A stretch of DNA of 63,806 nucleotides, filler included, from a bacterium (GCA_013360215.1; 3 parts of 3 records of this genome joined end to end with filler, not necessarily neighbours in it), one strand, 5' to 3'. Numbered from the whole stretch's first letter, positions 40,812 through 51,481 are shown. Notes: generated by a model from the sequence alone, not told the origin. Numbers and translations are program-made.

Positions 40812-41642
40812 TTATCCGACGTTTTTCATCATCAGTGGTTGATACAAACCATTGGTACGCGCATACAATCCGGCAGGATTGGTGTGCAACATGATTGTTT
40901 GTTTCATCAGTCCGGACATTTCGATTTCTAAGTGATGCAGGTCTTCAAAAAAATCTAACTCACCGTATTTGAAATCCGTGACATCCACCCAACCAACATT
41001 TTCGCCCATATCAATCATGTGCTGGATAGCACGCACAAAAAACGCATTGCGCGTAACGTCTTTGATCATGGCCGAATCCAAAGCTTGCTTAAAAGCTTCG
41101 ATACCGGAATTACGAAACGCACGGAGACCGATAGATTCGCCGTTAGCAGCATAGTTATCGATTTCTTTGCTGATTTCTATCACGCGATCACCATTGATAC
41201 GAACCTTCATATCTTCGTTGTCGTAAGCCGGGTTTTTGTGAATGGCTATACTGACATTCATGTCTTTTTGTGCAATGACTTTGGATAATGCTTTACGTTC
41301 AAATACGTTATCGCCATTGATAACAACAAATTCCGTCGTCATTTCATCTTTGGCTAACCAAAGCGAAAAAAGATTATTGGTTGTTGCGTAATCTTTGTTG
41401 TTGACCATTTTGAGACGTATATCAAGGCCGTGAATAGCGATATAACGTTCGGCGTAATTTTTCAATTTCTCAATTTCAAAACCACCGATGATAACCACAT
41501 CTTTGACACCGCAGCTTGCAAGTGTAACCAGCTGGTATTCCAGAATGGTTGTACCTTTAACATCCACCAACGTTTTAGGCGTTTCAGCCGTAAGAGGAAG
41601 CAACCGCTTGCCTTGTCCTGCTGCTAAGATGAATGCTTTCAT
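40812..41642 (-). CDS. Phosphocholine cytidylyltransferase-like nucleotidyltransferase
   Basis: MKAFILAAGQGKRL..PK, NNLFSL, NGD, EDMKV and GESIG. GGAG RBS before ATG 41642. Confidence 0.9.
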   Translation of the reverse strand: MKAFILAAGQGKRLLPLTAETPKTLVDVKGTTILEYQLVTLASCGVKDVVIIGGFEIEKLKNYAERYIAIHGLDIRLKMVNNKDYATTNNLFSLWLAKDEMTTEFVVINGDNVFERKALSKVIAQKDMNVSIAIHKNPAYDNEDMKVRINGDRVIEISKEIDNYAANGESIGLRAFRNSGIEAFKQALDSAMIKDVTRNAFFVRAIQHMIDMGENVGWVDVTDFKYGELDFFEDLHHLEIEMSGLMKQTIMLHTNPAGLYARTNGLYQPLMMKNVG

Positions 41643-41711
41643 TTTAATATCTCCAGTTCTCTTATTTTCTACTTTTTTTATCACTTTATTCATTGTGACA
41701 TTCAATTATTA

Positions 41712-41727
41712 TGCAATCTACATGCCA
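41712..41727 (-). promoter_or_regulatory. Consensus sigma-54 -24/-12 promoter
   Basis: Minus strand TGGCATGTAGATTGCA (GG-N10-GC), 70 nt upstream of ATG 41642. Confidence 0.8.
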
Positions 41728-42001
41728 AAGTAATTGAAAATAGAACAAACCTTGCTATGTATTGTTTTTTATTGATTTAATTAAAAATTATTACCGAATT
41801 ATTAAAGCATGTTACCAAATTGTTGCATGCACGCGAAACATTGAACTTGCAGGTGCAATAAAAAACTTGCATTTCGGCGTTCAAATAAATGTATTTGTGT
41901 GATTTAAGACACAACTAACCGTTATAAAAACGAGAGAAGGTCGGTTTATCTGCGGAGAAGAAAAAAGCCAGAAAAGAAGATAAAATTAAACAGCAGGAGG
42001 C

Positions 42002-43273
42002 TTACAAGGTTGTGTGCACCGAGTCTTGATTTCGTAAATATTTTTGAGAGATGTGGTATCCCGTGATATAAAGCGTAAGATAAGTGATGACCTGACCCCA
42101 TGCGAGGCCATATTCTCCGTAAAACCATATCAGTGCAAATGTAGCCGACAGACCGGTTATACTGCCGATGACATCACGTTTGAGCGCTTCCTGAGGTTGA
42201 CCCAAAATAGTAACAACCGTAAATTGAAAAATAGAAAGCGCGGATATAGAGTAAGAAACAAAAAGAATGGATAAAATAGGCCAATAGTCGGCATATTTTT
42301 CTCCGCCGCCATACTTCATGATCCACGGACTCAGAATCGCTAAAATCAGAGGTACCGGAATCGTAAACATATAAAATGTTTTTTGGTACTGCTGCCTGAC
42401 AGATATATCGCGCGTTCGGGATAATCGGACGGATAATGGGTCCGAAAAAGCTTCTAAATACGCCTTCATGTATTTGGAAAAACGTTTAGCTAAATTGAAA
42501 TTGGCTACTTGCTCCAATGGTAACATAAGGGCAACCAGCAATTGCTCGCCTTGTAAAAATCCAAAACGGAAAAAACGCCGCACGTACATGGGAAAATAAT
42601 ATTTAAGCATGGGCCGCATTGTTTTCATCCGAACCTCATGGGGATACCACGCCAATAACTGCCGAACAAACCAGAAACGCAAAAGGGCTATAGCGCCTTG
42701 CGCCAAAAGAACACCAGTAAAATAATGATTCATCCCCGCATAGATGTACAAAATCGTAGCCAGTATATTTTCCAAGGTCTGCGCCGAACCATTGAGAATG
42801 GAATTAAGCCCAAATTGGCGACGAATTTGGAATAGCTGTATGGATATCGTGCTCAGGCATTCAAAAAAAATCGAAAACCCCGCGATCGTGAGAATATATG
42901 GCGCCGAAAGATCGGGAAAAGTTTGGGTAAAATGTGCGCGTATAAAAAAGAAAAATAAAAAAATCACAATCAAAACGATCAGCGATGCCGCAATACGTAA
43001 AAAAACAGACGGAAAAATGATCGTACGCATTGCTTCGTCCGTTTTTCCGGCATTCATCAGTGCCGGCGCTTCGCGTATCACTTTGTAGGATAGACCTAAA
43101 TCAATCACTACTTGCGCCAGAGTACTCAGCGTGGTGTACAATGCAATCAAAGCAAAAGTGGCTTTATCCAGCACATACGCAAAATAAACCGTAAAAAGTA
43201 CCGACACAAAAGACACACTCATGCGTCCGGCCAAAATCCGCAGTGATTGTTCAAGTAATTTATTCACATGCAA
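42002..43273 (-). CDS. Wzx-like oligosaccharide flippase, paralogue B
   Basis: Multi-TM, colinear with 29966..31249 (IREAP, NHYFTG, QGEQL, PLEQ.ANF.LA, AFSDPL). Confidence 0.8.
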   Translation of the reverse strand: MHVNKLLEQSLRILAGRMSVSFVSVLFTVYFAYVLDKATFALIALYTTLSTLAQVVIDLGLSYKVIREAPALMNAGKTDEAMRTIIFPSVFLRIAASLIVLIVIFLFFFFIRAHFTQTFPDLSAPYILTIAGFSIFFECLSTISIQLFQIRRQFGLNSILNGSAQTLENILATILYIYAGMNHYFTGVLLAQGAIALLRFWFVRQLLAWYPHEVRMKTMRPMLKYYFPMYVRRFFRFGFLQGEQLLVALMLPLEQVANFNLAKRFSKYMKAYLEAFSDPLSVRLSRTRDISVRQQYQKTFYMFTIPVPLILAILSPWIMKYGGGEKYADYWPILSILFVSYSISALSIFQFTVVTILGQPQEALKRDVIGSITGLSATFALIWFYGEYGLAWGQVITYLTLYITGYHISQKYLRNQDSVHTTL

Positions 43274-43309
43274 TAAACCTTATCCCAGATCGTTTTTTTA
43301 CACATGTTT

Positions 43310-44527
43310 TTATTGCATTGCTAACTTAAAAATATCTTCGATCGCGCGTGTTTTGGTGAACGCATCAAAGTGCGTAACCGCACGACGTCTCGCCGATTGG
43401 GCCATGGCGGCACGCTCCTGCGGATTATTCATCAGACGAATCATAGCGTTTGCAAGCCCTTTCACATCGCCACTTTCGACGATCAATCCGTTCCCCTCAT
43501 CGCCGATTACTTCCGGGATACCGCCACGGCGAAATCCGATGACAGGCACTTGGAGCGCCATCGCTTCGAGCGCCGTGCGACCAAACGGTTCATCCCACAA
43601 CGAAGGTATCGCTAGCACATCCATGCCGCATACGTATGGACGCACATCCGATTTGAATCCGATAAAAATAACACGATCGATCAAAGCCAGTGAATGTACT
43701 TGTGCGTGCAGCGATGCATCATACGCCTGTTGTTTACTCGAATTTTGGCCGCCGACAATAACACAGCGAATATCTTTTTCAGGGAACTGCCTGATCATCT
43801 CAGCAACAGCGGTTATCAATACATGATAACCTTTTTTAGGAAGCGGTCTCCCGCACGCGCCGACGACAAAAGCCGTTAGCGGAATATGATACTCCTCGCG
43901 CAGCCTACTGCGTATCCGCGTAGGATCAAATTCATCGAAATCTATTGAATTGTAAACCACATTTTTTTTATGTGAAGGTACCGGAAAAAGTTTAGCCGTA
44001 TGCTCCGATACCGCAATAACGGATTTTAATGAGGACCATCGGCTAAAAAAAGCTATCCCTACACGCGACAAGCCGTCGGGCACATTGCGTAAATGCCAAA
44101 TCACAGGAATTTTTGTTACCCATCCCGCAATGGTACCAATAAAACGTGTCGCGGTAGTATTGGCATGTATCAGTGCAATATGGTGCTTACGAATCAGAGA
44201 CGGTAAATAAAAAAAACTCACCGCTATGAAATCGCGCACTTGCAAAACCGGCTTGATCCACCGTAAGAAGCCTCGAGCTTGATGCGATGTCATCCCGATG
44301 CGCAGATGCGGCTCATATAAGATGGTCGCCAGTTTTTCTTCCTGAACGCGCGTATTGAGAAGGCCTTCTTTTTCCGGTACAGCAATAAAAGCCTCAAACT
44401 GCTCTTTATCAAGAAAACGTAGAATATAAAATAAACTACGGGCTCCTCCGCCGTGCGTCAACGACTGCTCAAGGAATAGGATACGCGACTTAGATATGGG
44501 CTCTGAGAAGTGTGAATTCATTTCCAC
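43310..44527 (-). CDS. Glycosyltransferase family 4
   Basis: GGGARSL, KKG and EPFGRTALEAMA. Confidence 0.92.
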   Translation of the reverse strand: MEMNSHFSEPISKSRILFLEQSLTHGGGARSLFYILRFLDKEQFEAFIAVPEKEGLLNTRVQEEKLATILYEPHLRIGMTSHQARGFLRWIKPVLQVRDFIAVSFFYLPSLIRKHHIALIHANTTATRFIGTIAGWVTKIPVIWHLRNVPDGLSRVGIAFFSRWSSLKSVIAVSEHTAKLFPVPSHKKNVVYNSIDFDEFDPTRIRSRLREEYHIPLTAFVVGACGRPLPKKGYHVLITAVAEMIRQFPEKDIRCVIVGGQNSSKQQAYDASLHAQVHSLALIDRVIFIGFKSDVRPYVCGMDVLAIPSLWDEPFGRTALEAMALQVPVIGFRRGGIPEVIGDEGNGLIVESGDVKGLANAMIRLMNNPQERAAMAQSARRRAVTHFDAFTKTRAIEDIFKLAMQ

Positions 44528-46233
44528 AATTTTTTTACCTGATCAAGCCACAAAGAAAGTGCCGTGACATTCCACATAAATTCATAAGCGCGTCGCGGCA
44601 ATCGTGTTTGCGATGGAGCCGTAGCCCTCCATAACACATTAAGTTGACCATGATCTACAAACGAAAGCAAAGGATTATCTTTTTTCCACACCGTGTTTTC
44701 TATATATGCCCGAATTCGCGGTTCTGAAAAAATTTTGTGCATCGGCGGAGTAAAACCTTTCTTTTTTCGATAAACCAAGTCATTCGGAATATTTTGAGCT
44801 AACATGGATTTGAGTATTGATTTATTAACGCCGTTTCGGCATTTGATCGAAAACGGCAAGCTCAAGCCATTATCAACAAATTCAGGCGAAAGATAGGGAT
44901 AAATCATACGATTCCCAAATCGTATCATACTGTCATAAAGTTTAGCTCCGGCTTTACCGGTGCAGGCCATCTGGATATCCGACGCAGCATAATTGGCCAA
45001 TAAATTTTGTTCATGATACATTGGTTGATCCAAAATATATCGCAAAACTTCTTTTTTTACCGAATCCGGTATGGTATAAAGAATACCATTAAACGGATTA
45101 CGTGCCAAGTACCACGCCACAGGCAACGGCCATTCCGCCGATAACTTGTGTTTAGCCAAAGTAGCGCTCCATGCCGTGTCATAACGCCAAAGCGACAAAC
45201 TCCGGTACATCCATGACTTCATTTTACGTACAAGATACGGTGAGCGATAGCGCCGTTGCCATTTTGTATATGCCGTCAAACCGCCGTGCAATCCGTCTGC
45301 ACCGGTACCATCAATAGCGCTATGTCTGGGAAATTTTTGAGCGACGTATTCGGCTAACACCATAGAAGGCAATGTCGCGTAATCACAAAACGGAAATGAA
45401 TACGTAAGGCCGATACGCGCCATTTGGGTTTCGGCTTGCTCCATCGTAAACTCTGCGACATGAAGCGGCATTCCCAAATACGTACTTATGGCGCTCGCCA
45501 CCGAAAGCTCAGGATCGTCCGACCCAAAACTCAAAAATACCGGTTCGATTTTTTTTTGTATTGCTCCGGCATACGCCATGATTAAAGCCGAATCCACGCC
45601 GCCGCTAAAAAATAAAACCGACCTATCCGGTATAGAGTGAATCGTGTCCGAGAGCGTCTTTTGCGTGTCCTGGTACGCTTCATTATATGTCTTATTTTCC
45701 AACGGCGGAATGCGGTAATGGGTATCTTCAATCACCGCTTTAAACGAAAAACGATACGCACAACCCGGGCGTGTACGACGAATGGATCGGAAAAGCGTAA
45801 GCGGTGCCGGAGCGCTATTAAATTGTAAACATGCATAGAGCACGACTTCGTCTATTTCAGGCGAGGCAAAACCAATCATTAACCGCAAATCATCGGAAAT
45901 CAACCAACCGTTTCCGCAACGGGCATAATAAATTTGTTTTACTATCCACGGCGCACAATAAACCGTTATCTCTTCGGTCGTGGTTTCCCAATGTAAGTAA
46001 TGTGAATTTTGGCGAAAGTTTCCATTCGGATGTGTATCTGAAAATAAAATATCGGCCGGATTCTGAATCGTTCCCAAGCTGGCTTTAACAAACATCATCT
46101 TCGCATTATTTTGCTTTTCCAAACGATAGGTCAAACCGATACCGGCAGCATACCGCGCGACATGGTTTTCAAAATACTCCGGCGGCTTATCGCCGAAAAA
46201 CGCAATAAAGTAAACGGAGTCGTTATTATTCAT
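44518..46233 (-). CDS. Asparagine synthetase-like ATP-dependent amide ligase
   Basis: SGGVDS PP-loop, G.GAD, PYL and RKKKGF. No N-terminal catalytic Cys. Confidence 0.82.
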   Translation of the reverse strand: MNNNDSVYFIAFFGDKPPEYFENHVARYAAGIGLTYRLEKQNNAKMMFVKASLGTIQNPADILFSDTHPNGNFRQNSHYLHWETTTEEITVYCAPWIVKQIYYARCGNGWLISDDLRLMIGFASPEIDEVVLYACLQFNSAPAPLTLFRSIRRTRPGCAYRFSFKAVIEDTHYRIPPLENKTYNEAYQDTQKTLSDTIHSIPDRSVLFFSGGVDSALIMAYAGAIQKKIEPVFLSFGSDDPELSVASAISTYLGMPLHVAEFTMEQAETQMARIGLTYSFPFCDYATLPSMVLAEYVAQKFPRHSAIDGTGADGLHGGLTAYTKWQRRYRSPYLVRKMKSWMYRSLSLWRYDTAWSATLAKHKLSAEWPLPVAWYLARNPFNGILYTIPDSVKKEVLRYILDQPMYHEQNLLANYAASDIQMACTGKAGAKLYDSMIRFGNRMIYPYLSPEFVDNGLSLPFSIKCRNGVNKSILKSMLAQNIPNDLVYRKKKGFTPPMHKIFSEPRIRAYIENTVWKKDNPLLSFVDHGQLNVLWRATAPSQTRLPRRAYEFMWNVTALSLWLDQVKKLWK

Positions 46234-47441
46234 AAGTTTTTTTCGGAAGGTACAATATGTTCATACAAACGACGCACGTTTTTTTCCATATCAAAATAAT
46301 TATTTACAAACTGATATGCTGATGCCATGCATGCACGCGTCTGATCAGACTGGGTTAAACTTTCAGACATGGCATCCGCCAGCGCCAACGCATTCGCAGG
46401 TTCACAGAGTAGCCCGGTTTCCCGGTGTTTCACGACTTCCGGAATGCCCGATACATCAGTTGCCACCACCGGTGTTTTAAGAAACATTGCCTCAATGATC
46501 ACATTGGGGATACCATCCCGGTCACCGTTGGATGTAATAATTGACGGCATAACAAAAAGAGCCGCCGATGCTATTTCTCGTAGAACCTGGGTGTTATTTA
46601 GTTCACCGGCCATGGTCACACAATCGGATACATGTTCCTGTTGAATGGCTACCGACAACGATTCCCTTAGCGGTCCGTCGCCGATCAAAATCAATTCAAA
46701 ACGAAAACCGCGTTTTTTTAATACACCACACGCACGGATCAAATAATTAAATCCTTTTTTTTCGACCAACCGCCCAACCGTTATTATTTTAAAAGGTAAC
46801 GTTGGATCTTTTTGTGGTCGAATAAAATCATTAAAAATACTCGTAGGAATGCCATGATAATCTAGGTGAATTTTATGCGCTAGATCGTTATATGTCAAAA
46901 GCGTTTGACGATTGTAAGCCGTGCACGTTGATACAAATGATGCTTCAGAAAGTTTATTTTTCAGAGCGTTACGGTAAACGTAAATATCATTTGCATGCGC
47001 TGATGCGCTCCACGGTATGCCCGTTATCCGACTGACTACAAGAGCCACTTCAGAAACCCATCCCAAAAAATGAACATGTATGTGTTGCGTCGGTTTTTTT
47101 TCTATAAGATCAAGCAACCATAACGCATACGCCGATTTTTTAATTGCTTTCCATCGCTTACCTGCATTACGATGCGGAAGTAAAAACCATCCGGCAATGC
47201 ATCGCACCGAACGCAACGGTCGTCGTAAGAAATACTTCAACGCCTCTTTATGTATTGTACGATCCGGCGATTCAACCGTATCAAGTATGCGGCCTGGATC
47301 GTCAAATGCATCCAGGGTATTTTTAGAAAACGTAACAACACGGATCGGTGTAATGCGACGCATCACTTCCACTTCGCGAAAAATAAATGTCTCCGATCGA
47401 CGCGGAAAAACACCGATCAAATATAAAATTTCTTTATTCAT
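46230..47441 (-). CDS. Glycosyltransferase family 4 (WcaL-like)
   Basis: FP..SETFI..E, HVHF, AHA.DIY, GRLVEKKG and DGIPNVIIEAM. Confidence 0.92.
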   Translation of the reverse strand: MNKEILYLIGVFPRRSETFIFREVEVMRRITPIRVVTFSKNTLDAFDDPGRILDTVESPDRTIHKEALKYFLRRPLRSVRCIAGWFLLPHRNAGKRWKAIKKSAYALWLLDLIEKKPTQHIHVHFLGWVSEVALVVSRITGIPWSASAHANDIYVYRNALKNKLSEASFVSTCTAYNRQTLLTYNDLAHKIHLDYHGIPTSIFNDFIRPQKDPTLPFKIITVGRLVEKKGFNYLIRACGVLKKRGFRFELILIGDGPLRESLSVAIQQEHVSDCVTMAGELNNTQVLREIASAALFVMPSIITSNGDRDGIPNVIIEAMFLKTPVVATDVSGIPEVVKHRETGLLCEPANALALADAMSESLTQSDQTRACMASAYQFVNNYFDMEKNVRRLYEHIVPSEKNL

Positions 47442-47511
47442 GACTTATGCGATTTTCCGTTCGATTGGCCTCAAATAACGAAAAAAAACGCATAGTTCAT
47501 CGTACTTTTTT

Positions 47512-48732
47512 TTATTTGGAAAATTCGACGGATTCGACAGAAAATATGTGGGCCGAGCGGCTGATTTCTCGTTTACGCCAAAAAATCTCAAATAACAGTT
47601 TATCATTGTGACGCGCCATTACATCCAACGAAAAATTATTAATCGTCCATTCACGGCCTTGTTTCCCCAGCACTGCGGTTTCTTCCGGACGGAAAATAAG
47701 TTTTTTGACGGCCTCGCTCAAGCTCTCCACATTTTCCGGAGCGATAAGCAAACCGCTATAACCGTCGCGAATGGCTTCCGTAATGCCGCCGACTTTCGTA
47801 CCGATAACCGCTTTGCCACGCATACCGGCTTCGACAAAAACCAAACCGAAACCTTCAACGAATTCACGGGTGACACGACCCGACATGGCAAAAACATCCG
47901 CCACTGCATAATAATTTTCCAGCAGTGAAGCCTCAACATAACCGGCAAAAAAAACATGATTTTCCAAACCTAATTTTTTGACCTGCATTTCAAGATTTTT
48001 ACGCGTGTTCCCCTCACCGACAATGATATAGAGTATTTCAGGAATTTCGTACCGCAAACGATGCACAGCTTCAATAACAAGGTCATGACCTTTGGCCTCG
48101 ACAAGACGGCCGACCGTTAATACGATCTTTCGATTGCGCCATTGCGGCCAAAGCGTCAGCGCTTCTTCCTTTGTTTTTACAGCTGTCGGATCAAATGCGA
48201 TACCATTGTATATGACTTTCAGCTTGGATTGCAATATTTTTTCAGGCATAGTATTACGAATCAATTTTTCGGCTTCATTACTAATCGTAACAATAGCGTC
48301 GGCACGTCGAATGAACAAGTTACCCAACCACGTCGATAAACCGGCGAAAAAGCCTCGAGAATTATCGGAGCGCAACATACCGCCACCGTGAATTGTACCG
48401 ATCCAACGGCCGGGTAAAAAAGCCAGCACTGCCGTGGAGCGGCAACCTGCAAATGTTGAGCTCCATATGACATCCGGACGAAATTTCCAATAATGCCTTA
48501 TAATAGAAATCGTCGCAAAGATAATGCGGATACCGTACCATGCCTCATTGGTTAACGGCATGCGTATGATCTCGTAATCGGAACGTTCAGAAATGATTTT
48601 TCGCTTATATTGAGGCGCCAGTAAACGAACCTGATGACCCTGATTATGAAGGCCCTGAGCAAGATGATGTGCGTAGGTCGCGCTGCCCCCGCTGGCCGGA
48701 AAAAATTTCATTGCAACGACAAGAATTCGCAT
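47512..48732 (-). CDS. Glycosyltransferase family 4
   Basis: F.P..GG, GRLVEAKG and EGFGLVFVEA. Confidence 0.92.
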   Translation of the reverse strand: MRILVVAMKFFPASGGSATYAHHLAQGLHNQGHQVRLLAPQYKRKIISERSDYEIIRMPLTNEAWYGIRIIFATISIIRHYWKFRPDVIWSSTFAGCRSTAVLAFLPGRWIGTIHGGGMLRSDNSRGFFAGLSTWLGNLFIRRADAIVTISNEAEKLIRNTMPEKILQSKLKVIYNGIAFDPTAVKTKEEALTLWPQWRNRKIVLTVGRLVEAKGHDLVIEAVHRLRYEIPEILYIIVGEGNTRKNLEMQVKKLGLENHVFFAGYVEASLLENYYAVADVFAMSGRVTREFVEGFGLVFVEAGMRGKAVIGTKVGGITEAIRDGYSGLLIAPENVESLSEAVKKLIFRPEETAVLGKQGREWTINNFSLDVMARHNDKLLFEIFWRKREISRSAHIFSVESVEFSK

Positions 48733-49027
48733 ACGACTCCAGTAAGAATAAATCCGTAAAATTGTTATTTAAATCACAATAAATAGGTAACACAGAATGA
48801 GTATAGGACTGCCAAATTAGGTACATATTAAATCATTATTAACGATTTAATATGTTTATTATATACATTGCCGATCTAACTCCACTTCTGTCAGACAGAT
48901 ATATCTCATACCCGTTATTCACATTTATTCCTTTTCCCAAAATTGACCTAATCATAGGTATGTACAAATCTTCAGGTGTTGGATTTCAATCAATTTTTCA
49001 AAGGAAATTCACTGCGACGACTTATCG

Positions 49028-49043
49028 AGCAATAGCTATGCCA
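49028..49043 (-). promoter_or_regulatory. Consensus sigma-54 -24/-12 promoter
   Basis: Minus strand TGGCATAGCTATTGCT (GG-N10-GC), about 295 nt upstream of the first GT4 gene. Confidence 0.72.
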
Positions 49044-49126
49044 CACACATCTGCAATTGCCTCTAAAATTTTCAAGGAATTATCTATTATAATGACGTTA
49101 TCATCGCTGCATAATTAGTTGAAATA

Positions 49127-49425
49127 TTTCACACTGCCATAAAAAAATGGCATGCATGGATGAATATCGTACTAACCAGGTTTTATTTTCTTAGTGTAGA
49201 GACAATTGGCGGTGATCAATAAGCCAATGCGCCGATTGCATAATTACAATTAATTTTAAGGATTCGTACCTACTATTTATTCAAGATTCCCTGACTTAAA
49301 AAGCTATATGATATAATTTGTTACGAATGTATATTGAACCGCTTTGATTCAAAAAAGGTAATACAGAAGTCAAAACGACCGTTCGTTATTTATATTTAGA
49401 GTTCCATTTTTTTCACACTGCCATA
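49127..49425. repeat. 15-bp exact direct repeat TTTCACACTGCCATA
   Basis: Copies at 49127-49141 and 49411-49425. Confidence 0.8.
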
Positions 49426-49442
49426 TTAAAATTACACACACC

Positions 49443-51480
49443 ATGATTAATTTTTTTCGTTCTATCTTCTCCTCAAAACCCAAGCCTCCGGTAGCACCAA
49501 TAAAGCCACATCGTGTAACGCATATCGGTAAATCACTTACGGACGATTATTATTGGTTGCGCGACAAAGAAAATCCGGAAGTTATTGCCTATCTGGAAGC
49601 TGAAAATGTATATACAGACGCCTTGATGAAACCTACTGAGGCTTTGCAAGATACGCTGTATCGCGAAATGCTCAGCCGCATTCAGGAGGACGACCGATCC
49701 GTCCCTGAACAAATCGGTGAGTTTCTATATTATTACCGGACGGAGAAGGACAAGCAGTATAAAATCTATTGCCGTAAAAAAAACGGCGAGGAAAACGAAG
49801 CCGTACTACTTGACCTCAACACTCTGGCCAGTCATACACCCTATCTTGCACTCGGCGCCTACCGTGTCAGTCCGGATCACCGTTGGCTCGCATTTACTAT
49901 AGATCATGACGGATCAGAACAATTCACACTTTACATCAAAAATCTGGAAACCGGAGAATTATCCCCCGAACACATTCCGAATACGTATTACGGTTTGGAG
50001 TGGGCCAACGACAGTGCAACGATTTTTTATACGACGCTTGATCCAAGCCTTCGCCCGCATCGGGTGTATCGGCACAGTATCGGCTCAGAATTAACATCCG
50101 ATCAACTTGTGTACGAAGAACCCGATGAACGGTACTATCTTGACCTTACCAAATCGCGCAGCGGGCGTTTTCTTTTGATAACATTGGCCAGTAAAACAAC
50201 AACCGAAGTACATTTTTTGAATGCGGATCATCCCGACAAACCGTTTCAAGTATTTCAGGAACGTGTGCAGGGTCATGAGTATAACGTCGAACATTGGGAG
50301 GATCGCTTTTTTATCACGACCAATGATCAGGCTGTTAATTTTCGTCTGATGGAAACACCTGCAGATCGGACAAATAAACAAAATTGGCGCGAAGTCATTG
50401 CTCCGGGATTTTATAGTTATTCATACACGTACCAACGGCCTCAAAAGCATAACCATTCGCACGCAACCCGATCGAACTGAACATACCGTGCTTTTTCCGG
50501 AGCCCGTGTATAGTTATACGCCTTTGCGCAATCCGGATTACAACGCATCGTTTTTTCGTTTGAACTATACTTCGCTTGTAACGCCGTCCACGGTGATGGA
50601 TTACGACATTAAGAAAAGAGAACTAACGATACGTAAACGGGAAGAAGTGGCAGGTTATGATGCCAACGACTATTCCAGCGAACGCATTTTGGTACAAGCG
50701 ACGGATGGCACGTTAATTCCCATGTCCATCGTTTACAAAAAAGATCGCTTACCGAACAAACCGACACCGGCACTATTATATGGTTACGGTTCGTACGGCA
50801 TTTGTATTGATCCGCAATTTGCTTCGCATCGCATCAGTTTACTGGACCGCGGTTTTGTTTTTGCCATAGCTCATATTCGCGGCGGTGATGATCTCGGGCG
50901 CAAATGGTACGAAGACGGAAAATTTCTTCACAAAAAAAATACATTCACCGATTTTATCGCCTGCGCAAGGCATCTGATTTCGCAAGGCTATACGACACCC
51001 GCTCAATTAGCCATTATGGGCGGAAGCGCCGGCGGTCTTCTGATGGGCGCCGTGATCAATATGCAACCCGATCTCTTCGGAGCGGTCGTAGCCCATGTTC
51101 CTTTCGTGGATGTGGTCAATACCATGCTTGATCCCAACCTGCCTCTGACCATCACCGAATACGAAGAATGGGGCAACCCCAATGATCCCGCTTATTTTGA
51201 CTATATGATGTCTTACGCGCCTTACGAAAACGTTAAACGTCAAGCGTACCCTCATATCCTCGTAACGGCCGGACTGAATGATCCGCGCGTAAGTTATTGG
51301 GAGCCGGCCAAGTGGGTTGCCAAACTGCGGCGTATGAAAACCGATCGCAACGACCTTCTAATGCGCACCCACATGGATTTTGGCCATAGCGGCGCTTCGG
51401 GTCGTTATGATTATTTGTTAGAGATCGCTTTCGATTATGCTTTTATTATTGAAAAAACCAAACCATCCGGACGTTCTTGA
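49443..51480 (+). pseudogene. ptrB: Oligopeptidase B (S9A), split by a frameshift near 50400
   Basis: N-part has D.YYWLRD and the beta-propeller. C-part, in the +1 frame, has GYGSYG, GGSAGG, NDPRV and GH. May be an assembly error. Confidence 0.85.
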
Positions 51481-51481
51481 T

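Noticed and set aside
44518-46233. AsnB-like protein as a lasso peptide cyclase
   Set aside because: No lasso precursor, RRE or B protease is adjacent, and it overlaps glycosyltransferase genes.
48852-49118. 88-aa plus-strand ORF in the AT-rich intergenic region
   Set aside because: No RBS or recognisable motif, and it overlaps the minus-strand sigma-54 promoter.
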